This document shows, piece by piece, positions 35,707 through 45,177 of a DNA stretch of 64,000 nucleotides (positions within the stretch are counted from its first letter, which is position 1; each line of letters begins with the position of its first letter). The translations under genes were made by a program, and so were the position numbers. The notes below the pieces were generated by a model that did not search any database, was not told where the DNA came from, and saw nothing but the letters and a program-made list of their open reading frames with translations. The DNA is from Candidatus Cybelea sp. (GTDB lineage Bacteria; Vulcanimicrobiota; Vulcanimicrobiia; Vulcanimicrobiales; Vulcanimicrobiaceae): the NCBI GenBank assembly GCA_049800655.1, contig JBARKF010000310.1:2835-66834 (forward strand). Reading direction: 5' to 3'.

Positions 35707-36576
35707 CTATTCCTCGATCCAGTCGCGGGTCAAATAGAGCCAGAACGCCAGACCGGCATACACGCCGTAACGCGCGAATGCGCGTCCGATCGTCGAGTCT
35801 TTCGCGCGTTTTTTGCCTGCCAGCCGCAGGTATTTCGGGCGTGTCCAAGAGTCGAAGATCAGCTGCCGATGGCGCCCGAGAAGCTGCATGACGTGCGCGG
35901 CGCCGTAGGGTCCGATCCCGGGCAGTGCGAGGAGCCGCTGCTCGACGTCATCATCGCCGTACCGGTTGCTGCGCAGCGATTCCAGGTCGAGCTCACCCCG
36001 CGCAACGTCCACGGCGATCGCTCGTACGTACGCACCGCGATAGCCCATGCGGGCGACCTCGCGGAACCACGACTCCGGCGTCGCCGCAAGCCGCTCCGCC
36101 TCGGGAAACGCGCCTTCGCCGAGCTCGGCCAAAGCCTGCGTCATTCGAATCGTTCCCGACCATGCACAGTTCGTCGTGCAGATCGTCTTGATCACGTCTT
36201 CAAAGACGGTCGGGCTGGCGAGGATTCGGCCGGCGCCGACGGCGGCCCAGCCTAATGTCTCATCATGGGCGATCTGCGCGTAGAACGGCGAGAGATCGTC
36301 GTCGAAGCGGAACATTCGCGCGACTGCTGTTCCCACCATATTCGCGTCGCCTTGGCGAAGCCGCTCATCCGTCTCGACAATGAGCTTACCGTCGCGTTCG
36401 CGCATCGATAGCACGACGACACGTTTGCCGGTGCGCAACGCGCGGCGATAGACTAACGGCGACTCTTGCACTTGCGCCGGCGCTAGCCGCGCGCAGCCGT
36501 GTGAGTGAACGGTGCGCGCGAACGAGATCGGCTCGCCGCCCGCGCCGCGCAGCGGCAGCTCGCAGACGATCTCCAC
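35707..36576 (-). CDS. HhH-GPD superfamily DNA glycosylase (AlkA / 3-methyladenine glycosylase II-like)
   Basis: An AlkA-type N-domain, ASPTVFEDVIKTICTTNCAWSGT, and the HhH-GPD hairpin LLALPGIGPYGAAHVM...FDSW are present. Confidence 0.75.
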   Translation of the reverse strand: MEIVCELPLRGAGGEPISFARTVHSHGCARLAPAQVQESPLVYRRALRTGKRVVVLSMRERDGKLIVETDERLRQGDANMVGTAVARMFRFDDDLSPFYAQIAHDETLGWAAVGAGRILASPTVFEDVIKTICTTNCAWSGTIRMTQALAELGEGAFPEAERLAATPESWFREVARMGYRGAYVRAIAVDVARGELDLESLRSNRYGDDDVEQRLLALPGIGPYGAAHVMQLLGRHRQLIFDSWTRPKYLRLAGKKRAKDSTIGRAFARYGVYAGLAFWLYLTRDWIEE

Positions 36577-36592
36577 CGATGCGGCTAGTGTC

Positions 36593-37057
36593 CTAGGCTA
36601 CGTACGAAATGTTGACGGCGACGCCGGCGGCTGCAGCGCGCATGAGCACGCCGTAGACCTCGTCGAGTTCGATTTCAATCGCAGAAATCTCGCGGGCGCT
36701 CACACGAAAGCGAGCGGCGTGCGTCCAGAGAAGGTTGCGTGCTCGTTCGAGTGCGCTGTGCAGCCGCTCGGGGGTCGCCTCTAAGACCGGCCAATCCAGC
36801 TCGCCTTGAGCCGGCACGACTCGCCAGCCCGGGCCCGAAACGAACGCCACTTCTTCTTCCGCACCGAGCGCATGCGGCACCGCCGCCAGGACGTCGACGG
36901 CCTCTTGGTCGGCCAGCGACAACGGCAAGCCGAGCTCGCCCAAGCGTAAGATATAGCGGAAGAATGAGGCGCTGCCCACGGTATATGCACCAGCAACCGA
37001 GGCCACGTTCACGTGCACCAGTTCGAGGTCCGGTCGGTCGCTGTGAGAGCCGCTCAT
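36593..37057 (-). CDS. Hypothetical protein (154 aa)
   Basis: The ORF is packed tightly between mdh and the glycosylase gene. No family is recognised. Confidence 0.5.
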   Translation of the reverse strand: MSGSHSDRPDLELVHVNVASVAGAYTVGSASFFRYILRLGELGLPLSLADQEAVDVLAAVPHALGAEEEVAFVSGPGWRVVPAQGELDWPVLEATPERLHSALERARNLLWTHAARFRVSAREISAIEIELDEVYGVLMRAAAAGVAVNISYVA

Positions 37058-37068
37058 GACTAAAAAGC

Positions 37069-38064
37069 CTAGTTCGCGGGAATCAGCCCGAGTTCTTTGA
37101 CTGCGTCCCGTTCTTTGCGAAGTTCCTCCAGCGTGGCCGCGAGCTTGGTCCGGCCGAAATCATCGTGGGCGAGCCCCTCGACGATCCGGGAGACGCCGTT
37201 TTCGGTGCGCGACGGGAACGAGAAGATGAGGCCCGGATCGACGCCGTACTCGCCATGCGAGTTGCGTCCGACGGAGTAATATTCACCCGCCGGCGTGTCG
37301 TGGGTGAGGTTATAGACGCCGACGATCGCGGCATTGGCCGCCGACGCTGCCGAGGAGGCACCGCGTTGTTTGATCACTTCCGCGCCCCGATTTTGTACGG
37401 TTGGAATGAAGTGACTCTCGAGCCATTCCCGATCCACGACGACCTCGTGCGCAGGGCGCCCACCGATCTTCGCGTGGGTAAAGTCGGGGTACTGCGTCGT
37501 CGAATGGTTCCCCCAGATCGCCATCTGCGCGATCTCGGTGACGTCGATCCCCGCCTTGCGTGCAAGCTGCGCTCGCGCGCGCAACTCGTCGAGCGTCGTC
37601 ATCGCAAAGAACCGGTCGGTAGGGATTCTCGGTGCGTTATTCATCGCGATCAGGCAGTTCGTATTCGCGGGATTCCCGACGACGAAGACCTGCACGTCAT
37701 CGGCGGCGTTCGCGTTGAGCGCTTGGCCCTGCTCGGTGAAGATCGCGCCGTTCACGCGAAGGAGATCGGAACGTTCCATGCCGGCCTTGCGAGGGACGGC
37801 ACCGACCAGGATCGCCCAGTTTACGTCGCGCATCGCCTCGCCGGCATCCGAACCGTAGCGAACCTTCTTGAGCAGCGGAAAGGCGCAATCTTCAAGCTCC
37901 ATGGCGACGCCGCCGAGCGCCCCGAGCGCCTGCTCGAGCTCGAGCAACTGCAGTTCCAGCTCGGTGTCGGGCCCAAACATTTGACCTGACGCCATGCGAA
38001 AAATCAGCGCATAGCCGATTTGGCCGGCCGCGCCGGTCACCCCCACCTTAATTCGTTTCTTCAC
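37069..38064 (-). CDS. mdh: Malate dehydrogenase (NAD-dependent, LDH-like MDH type)
   Basis: [43 protein letters not shown] and [12 protein letters not shown] are typical. Confidence 0.93.
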   Translation of the reverse strand: MKKRIKVGVTGAAGQIGYALIFRMASGQMFGPDTELELQLLELEQALGALGGVAMELEDCAFPLLKKVRYGSDAGEAMRDVNWAILVGAVPRKAGMERSDLLRVNGAIFTEQGQALNANAADDVQVFVVGNPANTNCLIAMNNAPRIPTDRFFAMTTLDELRARAQLARKAGIDVTEIAQMAIWGNHSTTQYPDFTHAKIGGRPAHEVVVDREWLESHFIPTVQNRGAEVIKQRGASSAASAANAAIVGVYNLTHDTPAGEYYSVGRNSHGEYGVDPGLIFSFPSRTENGVSRIVEGLAHDDFGRTKLAATLEELRKERDAVKELGLIPAN

Positions 38065-38144
38065 GCAACCTCCCCAACAGCTAATTTGCAGCGTACGTTT
38101 CGGCAGGAGAGCTAAAGCGCGTTCAACACGAACCTGCCATATCG

Positions 38145-39422
38145 ATGAGCGAGCACGCGGTGACAGGCTTTAGCGGAACCGACCAGCCCCGTGCATCCAT
38201 CTACGACACCTGCATTCGTTGCGGCCTCTGCCTGCCGTCGTGCCCGACGTATCTCGAAACTATGACAGAAACCTCGGGGCCCCGCGGCCGGATTAGTCTG
38301 ATCAAGGCCGTCGGCGAGGAGCGGCTCGACCTCAATAGCCCGGGCTTCGTCGGGCAGATGTGGGAGTGTCTGGATTGCCGTGCGTGTGAGGCGGTCTGCC
38401 CTTCGGGCGTGCAGTATGGACAGCTCGTTGAGACGGCACGCACGCAAATTCGCCGCGCGCAGAGTGCTAATGAGTCCAGCGCCGCGCGCGTCGTTCGGCG
38501 ACTGTTCTTGCAGCGACTCTTCGCTCGGCTCGATCTCATGTGCCTGGCCGCGGCGTTGCTTCGATTCGCACAGCAGACGCGGCTGACGTCGCTCGCTGCA
38601 CTCGTCGGACTCGGGCGAATCGCGAAGCTCGCACCCCAAGTTCGCGGCGCATTCTTCGTTCCGAACGACCAGCGCTTCGAAGCGGCCGCTCCGCAAGGTC
38701 TCGCATTCCTGCACGCCGGCTGCGTGATGGCCGTCGCTTTCGGCAACGTCCATCGCGCAACGGTACGCATGCTGCGTCGTGCCGGACTTTCGGTCGTCGT
38801 CCCGAGCACGCAGGGCTGCTGCGGTGCCATCGCCGTTCACGCGGGCGAGATGGACATTGCGCGCGAGTTTGCCAAGCGTAATATCGTCGCGTTCGAACGC
38901 AGCGGCGCCGATGTCTACGTCGTCAACGCGGCGGGCTGCGGAAGCGCGCTCAAAGAGTACGGCGACCTTTTTGCCGGCGACCCTGCCTGGGCGCCGCGCG
39001 CGGCGAGTTTCTCGGGTCGCGTACGCGACGTCGTGGAGGTGCTCGACGCTATGGACTTCGGAACCGCGAGACGCGCGATCGACGCGACGGTCACCTATCA
39101 AGAACCGTGTCATCTCGTGCACGCGCAGCGCGTCGCCGGAGCCCCGCGCCGGCTGCTCGCGCGCATCCCCGGCCTGCACCTCATCGAGATGCGAGAGAGC
39201 GCGATCTGCTGCGGCAGCGCAGGAATTTACAACCTCACGCAACCCGAAATGTCGGCTCGTCTTGCTCGCCGGAAGGTAGAAGCGATCCGGCAGACCGGCG
39301 CGCAGATCGTTGCGACCGCGAATCCCGGCTGTGCGGCGCAAGTCGAAGCGGGATTACGAGAAATCCGCTACCATGCGGCCGTAAAGCATATCGTCGAACT
39401 CCTCGACGAAGCGTATCGCTAG
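38145..39422 (+). CDS. glcF: (Fe-S)-binding oxidoreductase subunit, GlcF-like (two 4Fe-4S motifs plus two CCG domains)
   Basis: [14 protein letters not shown] and [15 protein letters not shown] are followed by two Cys-rich CCG-type regions (GCCG, CCGSAG). No glcD/glcE lies adjacent. Confidence 0.8.
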   Translation: MSEHAVTGFSGTDQPRASIYDTCIRCGLCLPSCPTYLETMTETSGPRGRISLIKAVGEERLDLNSPGFVGQMWECLDCRACEAVCPSGVQYGQLVETARTQIRRAQSANESSAARVVRRLFLQRLFARLDLMCLAAALLRFAQQTRLTSLAALVGLGRIAKLAPQVRGAFFVPNDQRFEAAAPQGLAFLHAGCVMAVAFGNVHRATVRMLRRAGLSVVVPSTQGCCGAIAVHAGEMDIAREFAKRNIVAFERSGADVYVVNAAGCGSALKEYGDLFAGDPAWAPRAASFSGRVRDVVEVLDAMDFGTARRAIDATVTYQEPCHLVHAQRVAGAPRRLLARIPGLHLIEMRESAICCGSAGIYNLTQPEMSARLARRKVEAIRQTGAQIVATANPGCAAQVEAGLREIRYHAAVKHIVELLDEAYR

Positions 39423-39432
39423 TGGCCCGTAA

Positions 39433-39807
39433 CTAGAGCGTCGACGAGACTCGCTCGTGATCGCTGCGCGCGTCCTCCAACGAGTGATACACCGCGAAGA
39501 CCGTGATCAAACCGGTGATGTTCAGCAAACGCGCGATGGGACCGTCGCTGATAACGACCCGGAACGAACCGCCGCGCTCGGCCGCCCGCCGGTGCGCACC
39601 GATCAGCACGCCTAAACCGGTCGAGTCGAGGAACTCGAGCTGCGTCAGATCGACGATCAGGTGATGACTGCCCTTCTCCGTCGCCTCGCTCAACGCGGCG
39701 CGAACCGTGGGAGAAGTCGCCAGATCGAGGCTTCCGCGCAGCTTGAAAATTAGCGTTCCGCCGCCGTCCTCGGTTTTGAGATCAATGCCTAACTCATCGT
39801 GCGTCAT
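39433..39807 (-). CDS. STAS-domain protein (anti-sigma factor antagonist, SpoIIAA/RsbV-like)
   Basis: LIVDLTQLEFLDSTGLGVLIG carries the phosphorylatable Ser context (DST-G). The start was trimmed to ATG 39807; the tracked start at 39852 is possible. Confidence 0.8.
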   Translation of the reverse strand: MTHDELGIDLKTEDGGGTLIFKLRGSLDLATSPTVRAALSEATEKGSHHLIVDLTQLEFLDSTGLGVLIGAHRRAAERGGSFRVVISDGPIARLLNITGLITVFAVYHSLEDARSDHERVSSTL

Positions 39808-40780
39808 TAAGGCCTGGTCCTTCGCTGCCGGAGACGAAACAACCCGCATCATCGTCCCAGCGCGTAACGCTGCGCGGCACTAAATGAACGCCGCCGATCC
39901 ATCGATCGATCGCATGGTCTTCGAGCCAATCGGCGTCACCTGCTAGCACGCGCCGGCCTAGTACCGTTGGAACGAGCTTCCCCTCTTCTTCTTCCAGCAG
40001 CGCACCGGCGCCGCGTTCAAGGTCTTCGACCATTTGCAAAAAGGCGCGCTCGCCGAGAAAGTATGCCTCCTCGCGAGCCTGCGCCCGCGCGAAAAGCTCT
40101 TCGGGCCTGCCAGGCCCCTGGATGACGGCGTAGAGCGCCTGTCGCTGTGACCGTGAGAGTCCGTCGCGCTTCCAGGGATACTCTTCGCAGAGTCGCTGCA
40201 GCGACGCGCGCAGGAACGGCAGGCCGATTGCGTCCTCTCCGGCCGCCGCGTAGAGATCCGCGGGAGAGTCGGACGTAAAGCGTTCCCAGGTCCGGCGCGC
40301 TGACTTAAAGATCGCCGGCGTCGCCGTGCGCCGCTTCGAAAAGAGCGGAAAGATCTCGTCCACCGTCATGTTCGCGAGATAATGGTCGCATTGCACGACC
40401 GATATTCGTCCCGGCTCGAGATCGAGTTCCTCTAACGCCGTGAGCACTTGCAGCAACTGCAATTGATCGTACAGATCGTGCTCGAACCACAGGACGACTT
40501 CGTCGAAATCGTCGGCATGACGCAGCTGCGCGTCGCGGCGCTCGAACTCGTGGATCAATTTGATTGGATTACCGTAGCCCCGTTCCGATAAGTATCGCGC
40601 GCGCAAGGCGCTCGTCTCTTCGAGCGACAAACCCGCGGGCACCGGCCCTTCATTGAGCGCATCGCGCCACGCGACGTGCGTACCAAGCATACCCGCCTTT
40701 TTCAGCAGGTAGAGCGCGCCATCACCGTTGGTAAGGTGCAGCGCCCCAACCGACCGCGTCAAAATCCGCGAGTCCACCAC
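39794..40780 (-). CDS. DUF1835 domain-containing protein
   Basis: LHLTNGDGALYLLKKAG, VVLWFEHDLYDQLQLLQVL and the C-terminal part resemble the DUF1835/DUF3658 architecture, recognised from memory. Confidence 0.6.
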   Translation of the reverse strand: MVDSRILTRSVGALHLTNGDGALYLLKKAGMLGTHVAWRDALNEGPVPAGLSLEETSALRARYLSERGYGNPIKLIHEFERRDAQLRHADDFDEVVLWFEHDLYDQLQLLQVLTALEELDLEPGRISVVQCDHYLANMTVDEIFPLFSKRRTATPAIFKSARRTWERFTSDSPADLYAAAGEDAIGLPFLRASLQRLCEEYPWKRDGLSRSQRQALYAVIQGPGRPEELFARAQAREEAYFLGERAFLQMVEDLERGAGALLEEEEGKLVPTVLGRRVLAGDADWLEDHAIDRWIGGVHLVPRSVTRWDDDAGCFVSGSEGPGLNDAR

Positions 40781-42075
40781 GTGCCGCCGGGAACGTAGAC
40801 GGCCGAACCCTCTCCCCAGATGACGTGATTGACGCCGTGAGCGTCGACGGCTAGCCCGAGATAATCGCCGAACGGAAAATCGTAGCCCGCCCGATGCTTA
40901 TAAGGCGCGCCGAAGCCTTGGTCAGAGAGCCTAATCGCGCTGCTCCAGCTCGCGCCGCGATCGCTGCTCTGCGAATACCACGTATTCCACGCCTTCGGGC
41001 CGTTGCGGTTATCTTGCCAGACGAGGCGAAAGCTGCCGTCGGGCGCGGCGGCGATCGCGGGGCTCGTGTTGTTTCCCACCGCGTTGATGAGTCGCGACGT
41101 GCTCCACGTTTCGCCGTCGTCGTTCGACCGGCTCGCGTAGAGCGAGTTCGGCAGGTGCCTGCGAGCGTTCATCGCAAAAACGAAGACCAGATTTCCGCGT
41201 CCGTCGGCGGCGACGGCATCCTCCGCCGTGTAGAAATCGGGATAACAATGGTGTACTTTGCAGGTCTCTCCCTTGTAACTCACCGCGAATGGAATCTCGC
41301 GCCAGGTCGCTCCGCCGTCGGGTGAGGTAACGAGCTCGACGTGTCCTTCGCCGCGCTCCTTCCTTCCGGACTCGCCGTCGACGGCAAACCAGATGACTCC
41401 ATGGCGCCCGACCGTCCCGCTGTACGGGAAGTACCAGAGCCGCCGCGTCGTCACTCGCATCGCTGGTAGCCACGTCGCGCCGTAGTCGTGCGACACCGAC
41501 ACGTAGAGCGACCATCGCACGTTGTAGGCTACGTAAACGTCTTTTCCTCGCGCCGCGAGAACGAGCGTCGGTTTATCGCTGTATGCCATCCTCCCATCGA
41601 GTCGAACCGCCTTACTCCAGGTAGCGCCCCGATCGTGCGATCGCGCGAAGACGACGCCCGGCCGGAATCCGTCGAGACAGACGACGTCGATGACGCCGCC
41701 CTTCGCAACGGCGATCTGCGGATCGAATTGAAACGGAACCCTTACTCCTCGATGACAGAGGTGGCGCGCCGCGCCCCAGGTTCTTCCGCCGTCGCTCGAG
41801 GCGCGAAACAATAGATAGTTCGGACGCTGACCGGTCGTTAGCTGATAGACCCAACTCGACTCCGGATCGGCTGCGATAGTGGGCTCCCAACGATTCGCAC
41901 CCGGCGGTCCCCAAAGCTGCTCTCGCTCGAATCGTTGTCTGGGCACCCTCGAAGCGGTTGAAGGTTCGAGCGGCGGCAACCCGCTCGTGTTTCTGCCCAC
42001 CGTGCACGAAACCGCAAAGACGGCGAGCAGAAAACCGAGACGTAGTGCGTAGCTGCCACGAGTCAAGGTTTTCAA
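40759..42075 (-). CDS. BNR/Asp-box repeat beta-propeller protein (sialidase-like glycoside hydrolase fold), secreted
   Basis: TTG start after GGAGGG, with a signal peptide. There are six Asp-boxes: SSDGGRTW, SHDRGATW, SHDYGATW, SPDGGATW, SNDDGETW, SSDRGASW. Confidence 0.8.
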   Translation of the reverse strand: MKTLTRGSYALRLGFLLAVFAVSCTVGRNTSGLPPLEPSTASRVPRQRFEREQLWGPPGANRWEPTIAADPESSWVYQLTTGQRPNYLLFRASSDGGRTWGAARHLCHRGVRVPFQFDPQIAVAKGGVIDVVCLDGFRPGVVFARSHDRGATWSKAVRLDGRMAYSDKPTLVLAARGKDVYVAYNVRWSLYVSVSHDYGATWLPAMRVTTRRLWYFPYSGTVGRHGVIWFAVDGESGRKERGEGHVELVTSPDGGATWREIPFAVSYKGETCKVHHCYPDFYTAEDAVAADGRGNLVFVFAMNARRHLPNSLYASRSNDDGETWSTSRLINAVGNNTSPAIAAAPDGSFRLVWQDNRNGPKAWNTWYSQSSDRGASWSSAIRLSDQGFGAPYKHRAGYDFPFGDYLGLAVDAHGVNHVIWGEGSAVYVPGGTWWTRGF

Positions 42076-42097
42076 ACGCTAGGCCCTCCAAGCGATG

Positions 42098-42169
42098 CTG
42101 GGGTGGCTGGATTCGAACCAACGCATGGCGGAGTCAAAGTCCGCTGCCTTACCGCTTGGCTACACCCCA
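42098..42169 (-). tRNA. tRNA-Gln (anticodon TTG)
   Basis: The minus-strand sequence is TGGGGTGTAGCCAAGCGGTAAGGCAGCGGACTTTGACTCCGCCATGCGTTGGTTCGAATCCAGCCACCCCAG. The acceptor stem is TGGGGTG/CACCCCA, the anticodon loop is CTTTGAC, and the T-loop is GGTTCGAATCC. CCA is not encoded. Confidence 0.9.
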
Positions 42170-42198
42170 TCGTTCGCCTTAGCTTCGCGCATGAAAGT

Positions 42199-42234
42199 AA
42201 AAAGGGCAAGCGCCTGTGCGGGGCGCCGCCCTTC
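42199..42234 (-). terminator. Intrinsic terminator downstream of the NlpC/P60 gene
   Basis: Minus strand: AAGGGCGGCGCC-CCGCACA-GGCGCTTGCCCTTTTTA. About 11 bp of GC-rich stem is followed by a T-run. Confidence 0.75.
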
Positions 42235-42253
42235 TGATGGATGAGAACGCGGG

Positions 42254-42874
42254 CTACTTCGTGGCGATCAGCCGCTTTGCTCCGACGTAGCGCGAGGCCC
42301 AATACGATTCGGATAGGTGGCTCACCTCGACGCCGTGGCTAGAGCTGGCGTGGACGAACTTGCCGTGCCCTAGGTAGATTCCCACGTGCGAAACACCCCC
42401 GTAGGTGTCAAAGAAGACCAGATCGCCTGGGCGTGGCCCGCCGGTCGCCGGCCGGCCGATGTCATATTGAGCGTCGGCGGTCCGCGGCAGACCCATGCCG
42501 AGCATCGCGAAGACGTGCTGGACGAAGCCCGAGCAATCGAAGCCCGTCGTTGACGTTCCGCCAAACACGTAGGGCACCCCTAGAAAACGAAGGGCGCTGC
42601 GGGTCAGTTGTTGGGCGATTTTGGAGGTTCGGGAGAGTATCCCGCCGGTGAACCGGGAGATCCCCGCCCTGTGGCGCGTGGGACTCGAGATGATCAGGTG
42701 GGTCGTCCATTCGGCGACATCAGGGCTAAGGGCCTGGGCGTCGACCGTTTGTGACGACCCGGTATAGTTTAACGCTTGGCTGAAGGCAGTGCTACTGTTC
42801 GTATGCGCTTCAACCATCGCACTCGAACCGGCAATCAAAAGGGCAAATATCCCTAAAGCTAACGCATGACGCAA
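42254..42874 (-). CDS. NlpC/P60 (C40) family peptidoglycan endopeptidase
   Basis: A signal peptide is followed by the catalytic block GVPYVFGGTSTTGFDCSGFVQHVF...PGDLVFF...SHVGIYLGHGKFVHA. TTG start lies 7 nt after AGAGGAG. Confidence 0.9.
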   Translation of the reverse strand: MRHALALGIFALLIAGSSAMVEAHTNSSTAFSQALNYTGSSQTVDAQALSPDVAEWTTHLIISSPTRHRAGISRFTGGILSRTSKIAQQLTRSALRFLGVPYVFGGTSTTGFDCSGFVQHVFAMLGMGLPRTADAQYDIGRPATGGPRPGDLVFFDTYGGVSHVGIYLGHGKFVHASSSHGVEVSHLSESYWASRYVGAKRLIATK

Positions 42875-42895
42875 GAAACCGCTCCTCTTTCACGA

Positions 42896-43008
42896 CACTT
42901 GCGGGGTTAGTTGACGGGTTCGGACGGGAAAGATTCGCCCTAGGGCCGACCGGCCCACTCACCCCTACCGGGACATCCCCCGCTCGAGGCTCTCGCCCCG
43001 ACTCAGTG
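42896..43008 (-). ncRNA. Cyclic-di-AMP riboswitch (ydaO-yuaA class) in the NlpC/P60 5' leader
   Basis: The minus strand reads CACTGAGTCGGGGCGAGAGCCTCGAGCGGGGGATGTCCCGGTAGGGGTGAGTGGGCCGGTCGGCCCTAGGGCGAATCTTTCCCGTCCGAACCCGTCAACTAACCCCGCAAGTG. It contains the conserved GAGCGGGGGA, GGGGTGA and CCGAACCCGTCA-CTAACC-CG-AAG blocks, with P1 as CACT/AGTG. Confidence 0.8.
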
Positions 43009-43138
43009 ACCTTGTACAGGCATGGGAACTGTCGACGTCGCTTTTATTTGCAAATCATCGAAGATCCCAGATCTCAGGGGCGCTTCGTCGTAACGTTGCG
43101 GCGCCCTTCCGCGTTCCACTTCACCTCCGATTATTGCG

Positions 43139-44497
43139 TTAGGTTGAAGCGAAACGCTCAACCTCCTGCTCGATCCGCGCGGCAACTCGACTGACCTGCG
43201 CCTCTACAAGTGCCCGGTCGTCACCTTCCGCCATCACGCGAATGAGCGGCTCGGTTCCCGACGGGCGCACGAGAAGCCGCCCACTATGTCCAAGCGCGGC
43301 TTCCGCGGACGCGATCGCTTCGATAACCGCGGGATTCACTAACACGTCGCGGCGACTCGTGCGAACGTTAACCAATACTTGCGGCGCGGTCACGACTTCT
43401 CGCACCAACTCGTGCAAGGTCGTGCCCTGCGTTGCGACGATGCTAAGCAACGTTATCGCCGTTTTCGGTCCATCACCAGTCGTGTTATAACGAAAGTCGA
43501 TCACGTGGCCGGATTGCTCGCCGCCCAACGCATAGCCGTCGGCGCGCATTCGCTCGAGCACGTACCGGTCGCCGACGGCAGCGCGAATCAAGCCGATTCC
43601 TCGCCGCTCGAGCGCGCGCTCGAAACCAATGTTGCTCATCACCGTAGCCACGACCGCGCCGCCATCGAGCTGACCCCGGGCTTGCATCCACGATGCCAGC
43701 GCGAACATCACATGGTCGCCACTGATCGCCGCACCCGTTTCATCAACAAAGAGCGCGCGATCGGCGTCACCGTCGAAGGCAACGCCGACGACACGCCGTT
43801 CGCCCGCGGCCGCCAACTCCTGCACCGTGGCCTGCAGCGCGCGTAAGTCGGTTGCGCCGCTTTCGACGTTGATTCGAGAACCATCGTTTTCGCAGTTGAT
43901 CTCCGTGACGGTCGCGCCGAGTTTACGCAGTGCGTACGGGACGATTGCGTAGGCGGCCCCGAAACCGCCGTCAACAACGACATTCAATCCGTCCAGCTCC
44001 GCCGCGCCGTCGTAAAGCTCGTCGTAGTAGTAACGCCCGAGATTCGCAGCGGCCCGCGCCGTTCCAACCTTGGTTCCCGTTGGCCGCGGCAGCTCCGGCG
44101 AATCGATCAGCGCTTCGACCGAATCTTCGAGCGTATCGCCGAGCTTGAAGCCGTCCGAACCGAAAAATTTTATGCCGTTATCTTCGATGGGGTTGTGCGA
44201 TGCGCTGATGACGACGCCGGCAACAGCCGCCGTACGGCGAGTAATGCAAGCAACGGCCGGCGTCGGAACGATGCCAAGCGAAACGGCGTTACGCCCGACG
44301 GAGGTGACTCCTGCGACTAAGGCAGCTTCCAACATCGTCCCCGACAGGCGCGTATCGCGTCCGATCAGAATCGGCCCTCCCTCCTCGCCGCTCGGTAGCA
44401 GCGCCGCGGCGGCGCGCCCGAGACGCAGCGCAAGCTCGGGCGTTAGCTCGCGGTTGGCAACCCCGCGCACGCCATCGGTGCCGAAAAGACGGCTCAT
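43139..44497 (-). CDS. glmM: Phosphoglucosamine mutase
   Basis: MSRLFGTDGVRGVAN and the active-site block VISASHNPIEDNGIKFF are present. Confidence 0.96.
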   Translation of the reverse strand: MSRLFGTDGVRGVANRELTPELALRLGRAAAALLPSGEEGGPILIGRDTRLSGTMLEAALVAGVTSVGRNAVSLGIVPTPAVACITRRTAAVAGVVISASHNPIEDNGIKFFGSDGFKLGDTLEDSVEALIDSPELPRPTGTKVGTARAAANLGRYYYDELYDGAAELDGLNVVVDGGFGAAYAIVPYALRKLGATVTEINCENDGSRINVESGATDLRALQATVQELAAAGERRVVGVAFDGDADRALFVDETGAAISGDHVMFALASWMQARGQLDGGAVVATVMSNIGFERALERRGIGLIRAAVGDRYVLERMRADGYALGGEQSGHVIDFRYNTTGDGPKTAITLLSIVATQGTTLHELVREVVTAPQVLVNVRTSRRDVLVNPAVIEAIASAEAALGHSGRLLVRPSGTEPLIRVMAEGDDRALVEAQVSRVAARIEQEVERFAST

Positions 44498-45162
44498 TTG
44501 GATGGACCAGTTCCGGCAACGAAGTGCGTTTCCACGCGGACCAGGTTCGGTGCGACCGAAAGCCCGGTGAGCTCCGCGCCGGACGAATCGACGGGAATCG
44601 GCCGCACCATTTCGTCGAGCACCTTCGGCGCGCTCGGCATGGCGATATCGGCCTGCACCGCGCTGATTTGCGCGAGCAGCGATGTCGGCCCGCGAACGAG
44701 CGCCGCGCTCGGAAGAACGACACCGTTGCTCGCGACGATGCCGCTGGGCTGCGCACCGACGTAATGCACGGTGACCGGGAAAGCGCGCTCTTCGACCTTT
44801 TCGATCGTCAGGGTAACCGACGCAGGGCTCAAGCTCTGCACGACCACCTCGGGTGCAACGAGCGTGACCGGAATGGTATACACCCCCGGTTCTTTGTTCG
44901 AAAGGTCGAGAACGGCCTTGATATCCTCGGGCTTGATCGCCGGCTCGCCGCGTTTGCTCTCAACGGTTACGACGGCCTCGCGTTCGGTATAGTGCGCGAC
45001 GTTTCCCAACGGCAGATTAACCGCGGCGATCGGAACCGAGAGCTGCGCCGACTGCGCCGATCCGAAACCGGAATTACCGGCAACTCGAAAGTATGCCCAG
45101 CCGAGAACCGCGAGCGCGACCGCCAGCAGCTTGAGCGAAAAGTTCCGTCGGACGATTTCCAA
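44494..45162 (-). CDS. cdaR: YbbR-domain protein (CdaR, regulator of diadenylate cyclase)
   Basis: An N-terminal TM segment is followed by YbbR-like beta repeats. It lies between cdaA and glmM, as in the conserved cdaA-cdaR-glmM operon. Confidence 0.8.
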   Translation of the reverse strand: MEIVRRNFSLKLLAVALAVLGWAYFRVAGNSGFGSAQSAQLSVPIAAVNLPLGNVAHYTEREAVVTVESKRGEPAIKPEDIKAVLDLSNKEPGVYTIPVTLVAPEVVVQSLSPASVTLTIEKVEERAFPVTVHYVGAQPSGIVASNGVVLPSAALVRGPTSLLAQISAVQADIAMPSAPKVLDEMVRPIPVDSSGAELTGLSVAPNLVRVETHFVAGTGPSK

Positions 45163-45177
45163 GCGTTTTGGTTCTCG

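Noticed and set aside
43020-43138. A promoter call (TTGCAA at about 43051-43056, minus strand) for the riboswitch and NlpC/P60 transcript
   Set aside because: No convincing -10 hexamer lies at the right spacing, so a coordinate cannot be supported from sequence alone.
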